From positions 17,436-81,435 of the forward strand of contig JBKPMR010000061.1 in assembly GCA_046732255.1 (NCBI GenBank): a DNA stretch of 64,000 bases, in the 5' to 3' direction. The notes under the pieces were generated by a model. The model was not told the DNA's origin. It saw only the letters and a program-made list of their open reading frames with translations, and did no database searches. The position numbers and the translations under genes were made by a program. This document shows positions 1 through 6,965 of this stretch, in pieces. Each line of letters begins with the position of its first letter. The stretch's first letter is position 1. Origin of the DNA: Actinomycetota bacterium (GTDB lineage Bacteria; Actinomycetota; Thermoleophilia; Gaiellales; Gaiellaceae).

Positions 1-436
1 CGAGCGCTTTCAGCACCTGGGCGGACTGGAGCGCCGTCTGTCCAAACGCCTGCGCGAGCGCGTTCACGATCTCGGTCGCGCTGAAGCCGACCGCCTTCAA
101 CACCTGTGCCGCCTGAACAGCGGACAGGTTGAAGGCCGTCCCCAGAAACGACCCGATCGCCACGACTCCGATGCTGTTGTCCTTCAGCACCTGCGCGGCT
201 GTCTGCTGCGGCGAGATCCCCGCAGCGCAAAGGTTGAGGATTTCCTGGTTGATCGAGCTCTCGGTGTGTCCCGAGATCGCCGAGAGCTGGCTCGGGTTGT
301 AGCCATGCTCCGCGAGCGCACTGTCGGCGATGCTCTTGCAGGTCGGCTTCGGCGCCGGGAGCGCGGCTCCGGAGAACCCCAGAGCAGCGGCGCATACCGC
401 GACGAGCACGCCGACGAGGATCCTGCCTCTCCTCAT
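1..436 (-). CDS. secreted repeat protein, C-terminus cut by window edge
   Basis: ATG at 436-434 sits 6 nt after a GGAGG SD (rc of 443-447). My translation MRRGRILVGVLVAVCAAALGFSGAALPAPKP... is signal-peptide-like, followed by repeated ..AQVLK.. modules. The frame stays open to position 1. Absent from the ORF track because there is no stop in the window. Confidence 0.5.
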   Translation of the reverse strand, partial: MRRGRILVGVLVAVCAAALGFSGAALPAPKPTCKSIADSALAEHGYNPSQLSAISGHTESSINQEILNLCAAGISPQQTAAQVLKDNSIGVVAIGSFLGTAFNLSAVQAAQVLKAVGFSATEIVNALAQAFGQTALQSAQVLKAL

Positions 437-465
437 CTCTAACCTCCCCCGTTCGACTGCCGGGT

Positions 466-495
466 ATTGATGCAAAGGGCACATACAGCTGTCAA
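466..495 (-). promoter_or_regulatory. candidate sigma-70-type promoter for the secreted repeat protein gene
   Basis: Minus strand reads TTGACA (495-490), then an 18-nt spacer, then ATCAAT (471-466) preceded by TGC. About 30 nt upstream of the ATG at 436. Confidence 0.3.
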
Positions 496-496
496 A

Positions 497-516
497 CAAA
501 CCCCCCGAAAGGGGTA
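497..516 (-). terminator. weak intrinsic-terminator-like hairpin downstream of amidase
   Basis: Minus-strand RNA is ACCCC-UUUC-GGGGGG followed by UUUGUUU, ~40 nt after the amidase stop (558). The stem is only 4-5 bp. Confidence 0.3.
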
Positions 517-557
517 GTGCCCGCCTGCGAGTGCCGTCAGTCTCCTACAGCGGGAGG

Positions 558-1934
558 TCAGGCGACCGGTGGCCGGCGGTCGCGCCACGGCCGCGCCTGC
601 TCGAGCTGTGCGGAGACTCGGAGCAGCGTCGCCTCGTCGGCCGGGCGGCCGACGAGCTGGACGCCGACCGGCAGCCCGTCGGCACTCCACGCGAGCGGGA
701 CCGAGACCGCCGGCAGGCCCGTGATGTTCGCCACCTGCGTGAACGGCGTGAAGCGGCCGGCGTTGGCGAACTGCACCCACGGGTCGTCGTCCTCGAGCGC
801 GCCGATCGCGACGGGAAGCTGCGCGAGGGTCGGCGTCAGGAGCAGGTCGTAGTCGTCGAGGAACCCGACGATCCGTCGGGACAGGTTGCGCAGCCCCGCC
901 GTAGAGCGCACGTAGTCGACCGCATTCAGTTGCGAAGCGGCTTCGATCAGGGCGCGGGTCTCGGGCTCGAACAGCTCGGTCGGCCGGTCGTACAGCGCCG
1001 GCATGACTTGCCAGACCTTCATGAACCACCCGATCAGCTCATAGTCGCCCCAGGGTGGGGTCGCCTCCTCGACCGAATGGCCCAGCTCCTCGAGCACAGA
1101 CGCCGCCTCGGCTGCCGCCGAGACGCACTCCGGCGCGACCGGTGCGTCGATTGGGGGCGTTGTCGTCAGCGCCACTCTGAGCCGGCCGGGGTCGGCGCCG
1201 ACCTCGTCCCCGAACGGGCGGTCGGGCGGCGGAGCCCAGTACGGGTCGCCGGTCTCGTACCCGGCGATCACGTCGAGCAGAGCGGCGGCGTCGAGCACGG
1301 TCCGCGCCAGCGGCCCGCTGGTCGAGAAGCCCTCCAACCCGCCGTACGGCGCCGGCGAGACGCGCCCGCGCGCAGGCTTGATCCCGAACAGCCCGCAGCA
1401 GGACGCGGGAATGCGGATCGAACCGCCGCCGTCGCTCCCGTGCGCGGCGGGGGCCAGGCCGGCCGCGACCGCCGACGCGGCGCCGCCGCTCGAGCCACCG
1501 GGCGTCCGGGCCGTGTCCCAAGGGTTGCGACACGGGCCGTTCAGCTCCGACTCGGTGACGGCCGTAAGGCCGAGCTCCGGCGTGTTCGTCTTCCCGAGCA
1601 CGACGAAACCGGCGGTCTTCAGTCGACGCACCACCGCGGCATCGAAGTCCGGCACGTAGTCGGCGAACGCACGCGACGAGAACGTCGTCCGGATGCCGGC
1701 CGTCTCGTTCAGGTCTTTGATCGGCAGCGGCACGCCGCGGAACGGGCCGTCCGCAAGCGCCCCTGCAGCGGCCGCGCGCGCCTCGTCCGCACACACGGTG
1801 ACGTAGGCGTTCAGCTCGGGGTCGAGACGCTCGATCCGCTCCAGGTAGGTCTCGACCAGCTCGACGGACGTGACCTCGCGGCGGCGGACGAGGTCGGCCT
1901 GCTCGGTCGCGGTCAGGAAGGCGAGGCCGTCCAC
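558..1934 (-). CDS. amidase (amidase-signature family, GatA-like)
   Basis: ORF 558..2075. Contains the amidase signature GGSSGGAASAVAAG and the PIKDL context. Start placed at GTG 1934 (VDGLAFLTATEQ) because codons further upstream overlap the PPOX gene; start uncertain. Confidence 0.85.
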   Translation of the reverse strand: MDGLAFLTATEQADLVRRREVTSVELVETYLERIERLDPELNAYVTVCADEARAAAAGALADGPFRGVPLPIKDLNETAGIRTTFSSRAFADYVPDFDAAVVRRLKTAGFVVLGKTNTPELGLTAVTESELNGPCRNPWDTARTPGGSSGGAASAVAAGLAPAAHGSDGGGSIRIPASCCGLFGIKPARGRVSPAPYGGLEGFSTSGPLARTVLDAAALLDVIAGYETGDPYWAPPPDRPFGDEVGADPGRLRVALTTTPPIDAPVAPECVSAAAEAASVLEELGHSVEEATPPWGDYELIGWFMKVWQVMPALYDRPTELFEPETRALIEAASQLNAVDYVRSTAGLRNLSRRIVGFLDDYDLLLTPTLAQLPVAIGALEDDDPWVQFANAGRFTPFTQVANITGLPAVSVPLAWSADGLPVGVQLVGRPADEATLLRVSAQLEQARPWRDRRPPVA

Positions 1935-2299
1935 TCGGTCCGCTCCTCGATCGTCACCGCGATCACCGGCCCTGCGGGTGGGCGCTCCCGGTACTGCGGA
2001 TACTTGGCGACGAGCAGCGCCACCGCGTGTCGATCCTCCGCGATCCGCGCGGTCCCGCGTAGCCGCACCCACCACAGGCGCGACCAGTCATCCTCGTAGT
2101 GGTCGATCACCACCTCGACGGCCGGATTCGCCTCGATGTTCGCCAGCCGCTGCAGCCGCCGTGTCCGCTTCGGCTTGTCGTCGACCGCCGTGTACAGCCT
2201 GTCGCCCTCGAGGGCGAAGCAGATGGGAACGACGTGCGGGCGGCCGTCGGTGCCGACGGTGGCCAGTCGCGCGACCTGCTCAGCCTCAGCCGACGGCAA
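1913..2299 (-). CDS. PPOX-class (split beta-barrel) probable F420-dependent enzyme
   Basis: C-terminal 128 aa of ORF 1913..2473: LATVGTDGRPHVVPICF...DDKPKRT..L.RL.N...NP.V..V.DHY.DDW..LWWVRLRG. TTG start at 2299 just after AGAGGAAAG and after the fbiC stop (2310-2312). Adjacent to fbiC. Confidence 0.7.
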   Translation of the reverse strand: MPSAEAEQVARLATVGTDGRPHVVPICFALEGDRLYTAVDDKPKRTRRLQRLANIEANPAVEVVIDHYEDDWSRLWWVRLRGTARIAEDRHAVALLVAKYPQYRERPPAGPVIAVTIEERTEWTASPS

Positions 2300-2309
2300 G
2301 CGCTTTCCT

Positions 2310-4628
2310 CTAGGCAGCTTGCGCGCCGGGCCGCACGAGCACCTTCGGACGGCGCAGCTGCGACGTGTCGACCGGCGGATTGACCGGATCGGCGAGCGGC
2401 GCGGCACCGAATGACGCCGCCGTGCGCTCGGCCGCCGGCGTTCCGTAGAGCGTCGTCCGCTGCCGCGGTACACGGCCGGCCGCCCGGATCGCCTCCTCCA
2501 TCAGCTCGGGCGGCATCTCCTGGCCGTGGCTCGCGCCCGCCGCCCGGGAGATCGACTCGTTCATCAGCGTCCCGCCGAGATCGTTCACACCCGCGCTCAG
2601 ACATGCCTGCGCACCGTCGAGCCCGAGTTTCACCCAGGAGGCCTGGATGTTCGTGATGTGCGGGTGGAGGGCCAGTCGCCCGACGGCGTGCATCAGGAGC
2701 GCTTCGCGGTAGGTCGGCCCGCGGCGCGCCTTTCCCTTCAGGTAGATGGGCGCCTCCATGTGGACGAACGGCAGCGGTACGAGCTCGGTGAAGCCGCCGG
2801 TGCGCTGCTGCAGCTCCCGGATGCGAAGCAGGTGCCGCGCCCAGCTTCGCGGCGTGTCGACGTGCCCGAACATGATCGTGGCGGTCGAGCGCAGCCCGAG
2901 CCCGTGCGCTGTCTCGTGTACCTGCAGCCACTGGGCAGTGTTCACCTTGTCGGGGCAGAGGACCGCACGGACCTCGTCGTCGAGGATCTCGGCCGCCGTC
3001 CCAGGCAGCGAGGCGAGGCCCAGGTCGCGCAGCCGCGTGAGGTAGGCATCGAGCGGCTCGCCCAGGGTCGCCGCTCCCTGCCAGATCTCGAGCGCCGAGA
3101 ACGCGTGCAGGTGGAGGTCGGGCAGCTCCCGCTTGATCGCCTCGCAGATCCCGGCGTAGTAGTCGCCGTCGAAGCCCGGGTGGATCCCGCCCTGGAGGCA
3201 GATCTCGACCGCGCCGCGCTCCCAGGCCTCGTGCGCGCGACGCACGATCTCCTCGATCGGGACCACGTACGCCGGCCCGCGCAGGTCCTCGGCGAGCTTC
3301 CCCTTCGAGAACGCGCAGAAGCCGCACCGGAAGTAGCAGACGTTCGTGTAGTTGACGTTCCGCGTGACGACGTAGCTGACCTCGTCGCCGTTCGTCTCGC
3401 GCCGGAGCCGGTCGGCGGTGGCCAGCACGCGGTCGAGCTCCTCGCCGCGCGCGGCGAACAGCCGCACGATCTCGTCCTCGCCGAGCTCGTCGGCGGTGAG
3501 CGGCAGGACGTCGCGCGGGGTGAACGGCGCCGCCGTCTGGGCGCCGGCGTACCACCGGTCACCGCGCCCGAGCCCTTCCGCGTCGGACGAGCGGAGCGCC
3601 TGCGTCAGCACCCGGGGCTCGAGCCACAGGCCGCTCAGGTACTCCGGATAGACGGGCAGGCGCGGCGCGAGCGCCAGGCCCCGCTCCTCGGTCGCGCTCC
3701 GGAGCCGCTCGATCTCCGGCCAGGGAGCCTCGGGGTTGACGTGGTCGATCGTGACCGGGGAGACCCCGCCCCAGTCGTCGATCCCGGCGTCGAGCAGGCG
3801 CGGGAAGTCGTCGTAGCTCAGGTTCGGCGGGCACTGCACGTGAACGTCCTCGGGGAGCACGATCCGAGCGACGGCGGCCGTCCAGAGCAGGTCGTCGAGC
3901 GAAGGCTCCGGATGCTCCGCCATCTTGGTGCCCGGCTTCGCGCGGAAGTTCTGGACGATCACCTCCTGGATGTGGCCGTACTCGCGGTGGAGGGCGGCGA
4001 TCGCCTCCAGCGCCTCGATGCGCTCGGCGCGGGTCTCGCCGATCCCGATCAGGATCCCGGTGGTGAACGGCACGCGCAGCGCGCCGGCGAGACGGAGCGT
4101 CTCCAGCCGGGCCGCCGGCAGCTTGTCGGGCGAGCCGAAGTGAGGCCCACCCCGCTCCGAGAGCCGATCGGCGGCGGTCTCGAGCATCAGCCCCTGCGAA
4201 GCGGTCACCTCGCGCAGCGCGGCCAGCTCGTCGCGCGTCACCACTCCCGGATTGGCATGCGGCAAGAGGCCGGTTTCCTCGAATACGAGCCGACAGGCTC
4301 GTACCAGGTACTCGATGGTCGTCTCGCAGCCGAGCGCGGCGAGCTGGTCGCGGGCGACCCGGTAGCGGCGCTCGGGCTTGTCGCCGAGCGTGAACAGGGC
4401 CTCGGTGCATCCCGCGGCGGCGCCTGCGCGAGCGACGTCCAGGACCTCGTCCTGGGTCATGTACGCGCGCTCGCCGCGGCGCGGCGGACGGGCGAAGGTG
4501 CAGTAGTGACAAACGTCCCGGCAGAGCTTCGTCAGCGGGATGAAGACCTTCGGCGAGTACGTGACGACCGGCCTCGAACGCAGGCTCCGCGCCTCGGAGA
4601 GGAGCTCCTCGAGGGGCCGGTCGAGCAC
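2310..4628 (-). CDS. fbiC: FO synthase, fused CofG/CofH (7,8-didemethyl-8-hydroxy-5-deazariboflavin synthase)
   Basis: ORF 2310..4721. Two radical-SAM cysteine motifs (CRDVCHYC and CYFRCGFC) in two TIM-like halves. Start moved to GTG 4628 (VLDRPLEEL), which lies exactly 6 nt after a TATGCT -10-like box. The ORF-track start 4721 would overlap cofC divergently. Confidence 0.93.
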   Translation of the reverse strand: MLDRPLEELLSEARSLRSRPVVTYSPKVFIPLTKLCRDVCHYCTFARPPRRGERAYMTQDEVLDVARAGAAAGCTEALFTLGDKPERRYRVARDQLAALGCETTIEYLVRACRLVFEETGLLPHANPGVVTRDELAALREVTASQGLMLETAADRLSERGGPHFGSPDKLPAARLETLRLAGALRVPFTTGILIGIGETRAERIEALEAIAALHREYGHIQEVIVQNFRAKPGTKMAEHPEPSLDDLLWTAAVARIVLPEDVHVQCPPNLSYDDFPRLLDAGIDDWGGVSPVTIDHVNPEAPWPEIERLRSATEERGLALAPRLPVYPEYLSGLWLEPRVLTQALRSSDAEGLGRGDRWYAGAQTAAPFTPRDVLPLTADELGEDEIVRLFAARGEELDRVLATADRLRRETNGDEVSYVVTRNVNYTNVCYFRCGFCAFSKGKLAEDLRGPAYVVPIEEIVRRAHEAWERGAVEICLQGGIHPGFDGDYYAGICEAIKRELPDLHLHAFSALEIWQGAATLGEPLDAYLTRLRDLGLASLPGTAAEILDDEVRAVLCPDKVNTAQWLQVHETAHGLGLRSTATIMFGHVDTPRSWARHLLRIRELQQRTGGFTELVPLPFVHMEAPIYLKGKARRGPTYREALLMHAVGRLALHPHITNIQASWVKLGLDGAQACLSAGVNDLGGTLMNESISRAAGASHGQEMPPELMEEAIRAAGRVPRQRTTLYGTPAAERTAASFGAAPLADPVNPPVDTSQLRRPKVLVRPGAQAA

Positions 4629-4663
4629 GCGATGAGCATACGTGGCGGAGGTAAGGTCACGGC

Positions 4664-5212
4664 GTGGACGCCCATGTGCTCGTCCCGCTGAAGCGGATCG
4701 ACCCGAAGAGCCGCTTGGCACACGCCCTTCCGCTCGACGAGCGGGTGCGGCTGATGCGCGGCCTGCTTGCGGGTGTCGTCTCGGCAGTACGAGAAGCCGG
4801 CGTCGAGCGCGTCACGGTCGTGACCGGCCTGGCGCTGAAGGGGTACGAGGTCTGGGACGATCGCGGGCTCGCCTGGAACGACGCCCTTGCTGCTGCGATG
4901 AAGGAGGTGGTCAGCGCGCCACTCGCCGCAGTCATCTCGGCCGATCTGCCGCTCATCCGCGCCGACGACGTCGAGGAGCTCCTCGCGGCGACACCCGAGC
5001 AGGGAATTGCAATCGCCCGCGCACTCGACGGAGGTACGAACGCCGTGGCGATGCGGCCCCCGGGCATCGTCCGGACGCACTTCGGCGAGCCGCAGAGCTC
5101 CGCCGTTCACGCCCGGCTCGGCGTCCCTCACGTCATCGTCGACCTGCCCGGTCTCGCGTTCGACGTGGACACGCCCGCGGACCTTGCACGCATGCAGGCC
5201 GCATGCCTCTAA
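4664..5212 (+). CDS. cofC: 2-phospho-L-lactate / PEP guanylyltransferase
   Basis: 182 aa, VLVPLK..K.RL...L...R..L....L..V... and GGTN motifs typical of CofC/FbiD. GTG start follows GGAGG (4647-4651). Confidence 0.88.
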   Translation: MDAHVLVPLKRIDPKSRLAHALPLDERVRLMRGLLAGVVSAVREAGVERVTVVTGLALKGYEVWDDRGLAWNDALAAAMKEVVSAPLAAVISADLPLIRADDVEELLAATPEQGIAIARALDGGTNAVAMRPPGIVRTHFGEPQSSAVHARLGVPHVIVDLPGLAFDVDTPADLARMQAACL

Positions 5213-6201
5213 GGCTGGGCTACAAGGCTTCGGCAGAGCAGTTCCCGCCGCGCCGTCTCCTCGACCTCGCCGTCGAGGCGGAGCGGCTCGGGCTCGACCT
5301 GATCGGCGTCTCCGACCACTTCCAACCGTTCCGTCACAGCGGCGGCCACGCGCCCGCGTGCCTGCCCTGGCTCGGCGCTCTCGGCGAGCGCACGGAGCGG
5401 GCGCTGCTCGGGACGAGCGTGTTGACGCCGACGATGCGCTACCACCCATCGGTCGTCGCCCAGGCGTTCGCGACCCTCGCGTGCCTGAACCCAGGGCGCA
5501 TCTGGATGGGCGTCGGCACGGGCGAGTCCCTGAACGAGACGCCGGCCATGGGCGCCGAGTGGCCCGGTGCGAAAGAGCGCCGGCTCCGCCTCGCCGAGGC
5601 GATCCACCTGATGCGGCGCCTCTGGACGCAGGAGCGGGTGACCTTCGAGGGCGACTACTACCGCACGGCGAACGCGACGATCTACGACCGGCCCGACGAG
5701 CCGGTGCCGATCTACGTCGCCGCCTCCGGCCCGCTGGCGGCAAAGCTGGCAGGCCGCACGGGCGACGGCCTCGTCGTCACCAGCGGCAAAGGTCCCGAGC
5801 TGTACGAGGAGCTGGACGCGGCGATGGCCGAGGGTGCCGCGTCGGCCGGACGGGATCCCGCCGCGATCGTCAAGCTGATCGAGATCAAGGTCTCGTACGA
5901 CCACGACCTCGAATACGCGCGCGAGGCTTGCGACTACTGGGCCCCGCTCGCGCTCACGCCCGACCAGAAGCGCGACGTGGAGGACCCGATCGAGCTGGAG
6001 CGGCTCGCCTACGAGCACCCGGGGATCGCGCAGCGTCGCTTCATCGTCTCCGACGACCCCGACGAGGTGGTCGAGAAGATCGAGCCCTACGTCGCCCTCG
6101 GCTTCGACCACCTCCTCTTCCACGCGCCCGGCGACGACCAGCTTCGGTTCCTCGACCAGTTCTGCCGGGACGTCGTCCCGAGGCTCAGAGCGCGTTTCTG
6201 A
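5203..6201 (+). CDS. fgd: F420-dependent glucose-6-phosphate dehydrogenase (LLM family)
   Basis: C-terminal 332 aa of ORF 4642..6201 ([14 protein letters not shown]...[16 protein letters not shown]...[14 protein letters not shown]...[12 protein letters not shown]) closely resembles mycobacterial Fgd1 as I remember it. ATG 5203 overlaps the cofC stop. Confidence 0.85.
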   Translation: MPLRLGYKASAEQFPPRRLLDLAVEAERLGLDLIGVSDHFQPFRHSGGHAPACLPWLGALGERTERALLGTSVLTPTMRYHPSVVAQAFATLACLNPGRIWMGVGTGESLNETPAMGAEWPGAKERRLRLAEAIHLMRRLWTQERVTFEGDYYRTANATIYDRPDEPVPIYVAASGPLAAKLAGRTGDGLVVTSGKGPELYEELDAAMAEGAASAGRDPAAIVKLIEIKVSYDHDLEYAREACDYWAPLALTPDQKRDVEDPIELERLAYEHPGIAQRRFIVSDDPDEVVEKIEPYVALGFDHLLFHAPGDDQLRFLDQFCRDVVPRLRARF

Positions 6202-6670
6202 ACGCCGACTCGGCCTCCGCGCCGTAGACGGCGAAGACGACGCGACCGAGCGTCCGGGGCTCGTGCGCGCGGACCGCCTCGACCATCAGCCGCGCGCACT
6301 CGTCCAGCGGAAAGCCGCCGACGCCGGTCCCGAACGCAGGCAGCGCGAGCGACTCGGCTCCGAGCTCGTCCGCGACCGCAAGCGTCCTCCGAGTGGCATT
6401 CGAGATCGCTTCCGCATTGGTCTGGAGATCCTGGCCCATCACCGCGGCGTGGATCACCCAGCGCGCCGCGAGCCGGCCGCCGCCGGTGGCGACCGCATCG
6501 CCGACGGCAATCGGCCCCTTCGCCACCGCTTCGCGCTCGATCTCCTCGCCGCCGGCCCGCTTGATCGCCCCGGCGACTCCGGCGCCCATCCACAGGCGGT
6601 CGTTCGCCGCGTTGGCGATCGCGTCGACCTCGAGCGCGGCGATGTCGCCGTCCACAACTTCCACATCCAT
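6185..6670 (-). CDS. macro-domain protein (ADP-ribose / O-acetyl-ADP-ribose hydrolase-like)
   Basis: Last 161 aa of ORF 6185..7267: [33 protein letters not shown]...GG.... The ORF part further upstream runs through a non-coding repeat. Confidence 0.85.
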   Translation of the reverse strand: MDVEVVDGDIAALEVDAIANAANDRLWMGAGVAGAIKRAGGEEIEREAVAKGPIAVGDAVATGGGRLAARWVIHAAVMGQDLQTNAEAISNATRRTLAVADELGAESLALPAFGTGVGGFPLDECARLMVEAVRAHEPRTLGRVVFAVYGAEAESAFRNAL

Positions 6671-6691
6671 GTGCCCCAACTCTTCCAGTTT

Positions 6692-6823
6692 CGTTTCACC
6701 TCCGGTCTCAGAGACCGGGGCGCAAACGCTGGAACCATGCGGACGGCCCCGGTCCATGTGGATGAGTTGTCCCACAAGCGTTTCACCCCTGGTCTCAGAG
6801 ACTGGGTGTGAAACGCCACAAAC
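6692..6823 (+). repeat. composite double-hairpin dispersed repeat, copy A
   Basis: Hairpin 6692-6728 and hairpin 6779-6815 (CGTTTCACCCCTGGTCTCAGAGACTGGGTGTGAAACG), separated by a spacer containing GCGGACGGCCCCGG. About 75-80% identical by eye to 42042-42171, same orientation. Confidence 0.8.
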
Positions 6824-6929
6824 CCGCCAGCCGTCAACGAGGTCAGGCCGAACCACAACCTCGGTCCCTTCTGGCCTTGGCTGTTCCCGCGGGGAGCGCT
6901 GCGGTGACAGAAGCGGAGCGCGAGCGAGC

Positions 6930-6948
6930 GGCCGGGCTTTGCCCGGCC
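6930..6948 (-). terminator. GC hairpin downstream of the GGDEF gene
   Basis: GGCCGGGC-TTT-GCCCGGCC, perfect 8-bp stem, 18 nt after the stop at 6966. No U-tract. Confidence 0.45.
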
Positions 6949-6965
6949 TGCGACGCGACCTATTG

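Noticed and set aside
531-2099. 522-aa plus-strand ORF (and several others) antisense to, or out of frame with, the amidase gene
   Set aside because: Arg/Pro/Gly-rich translation with no recognisable motifs. This is a typical long spurious ORF on the opposite strand of a >70% GC gene. The minus-strand frame carries the amidase signature.
2526-4691. 721-aa plus-strand ORF opposite fbiC, plus the 482-aa and 317-aa minus-strand alternate frames
   Set aside because: Only the 2310..4721 frame contains the two radical-SAM CxxxCxxC motifs and FO-synthase-like sequence. The others are low-complexity Arg/Pro/Ala artefacts.
4642-5202. 187-codon N-terminal extension of the fgd ORF (ORF 4642..6201)
   Set aside because: The extension is Arg-rich low-complexity sequence and overlaps cofC in another frame. 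Homology to Fgd begins at [10 protein letters not shown] (ATG 5203).
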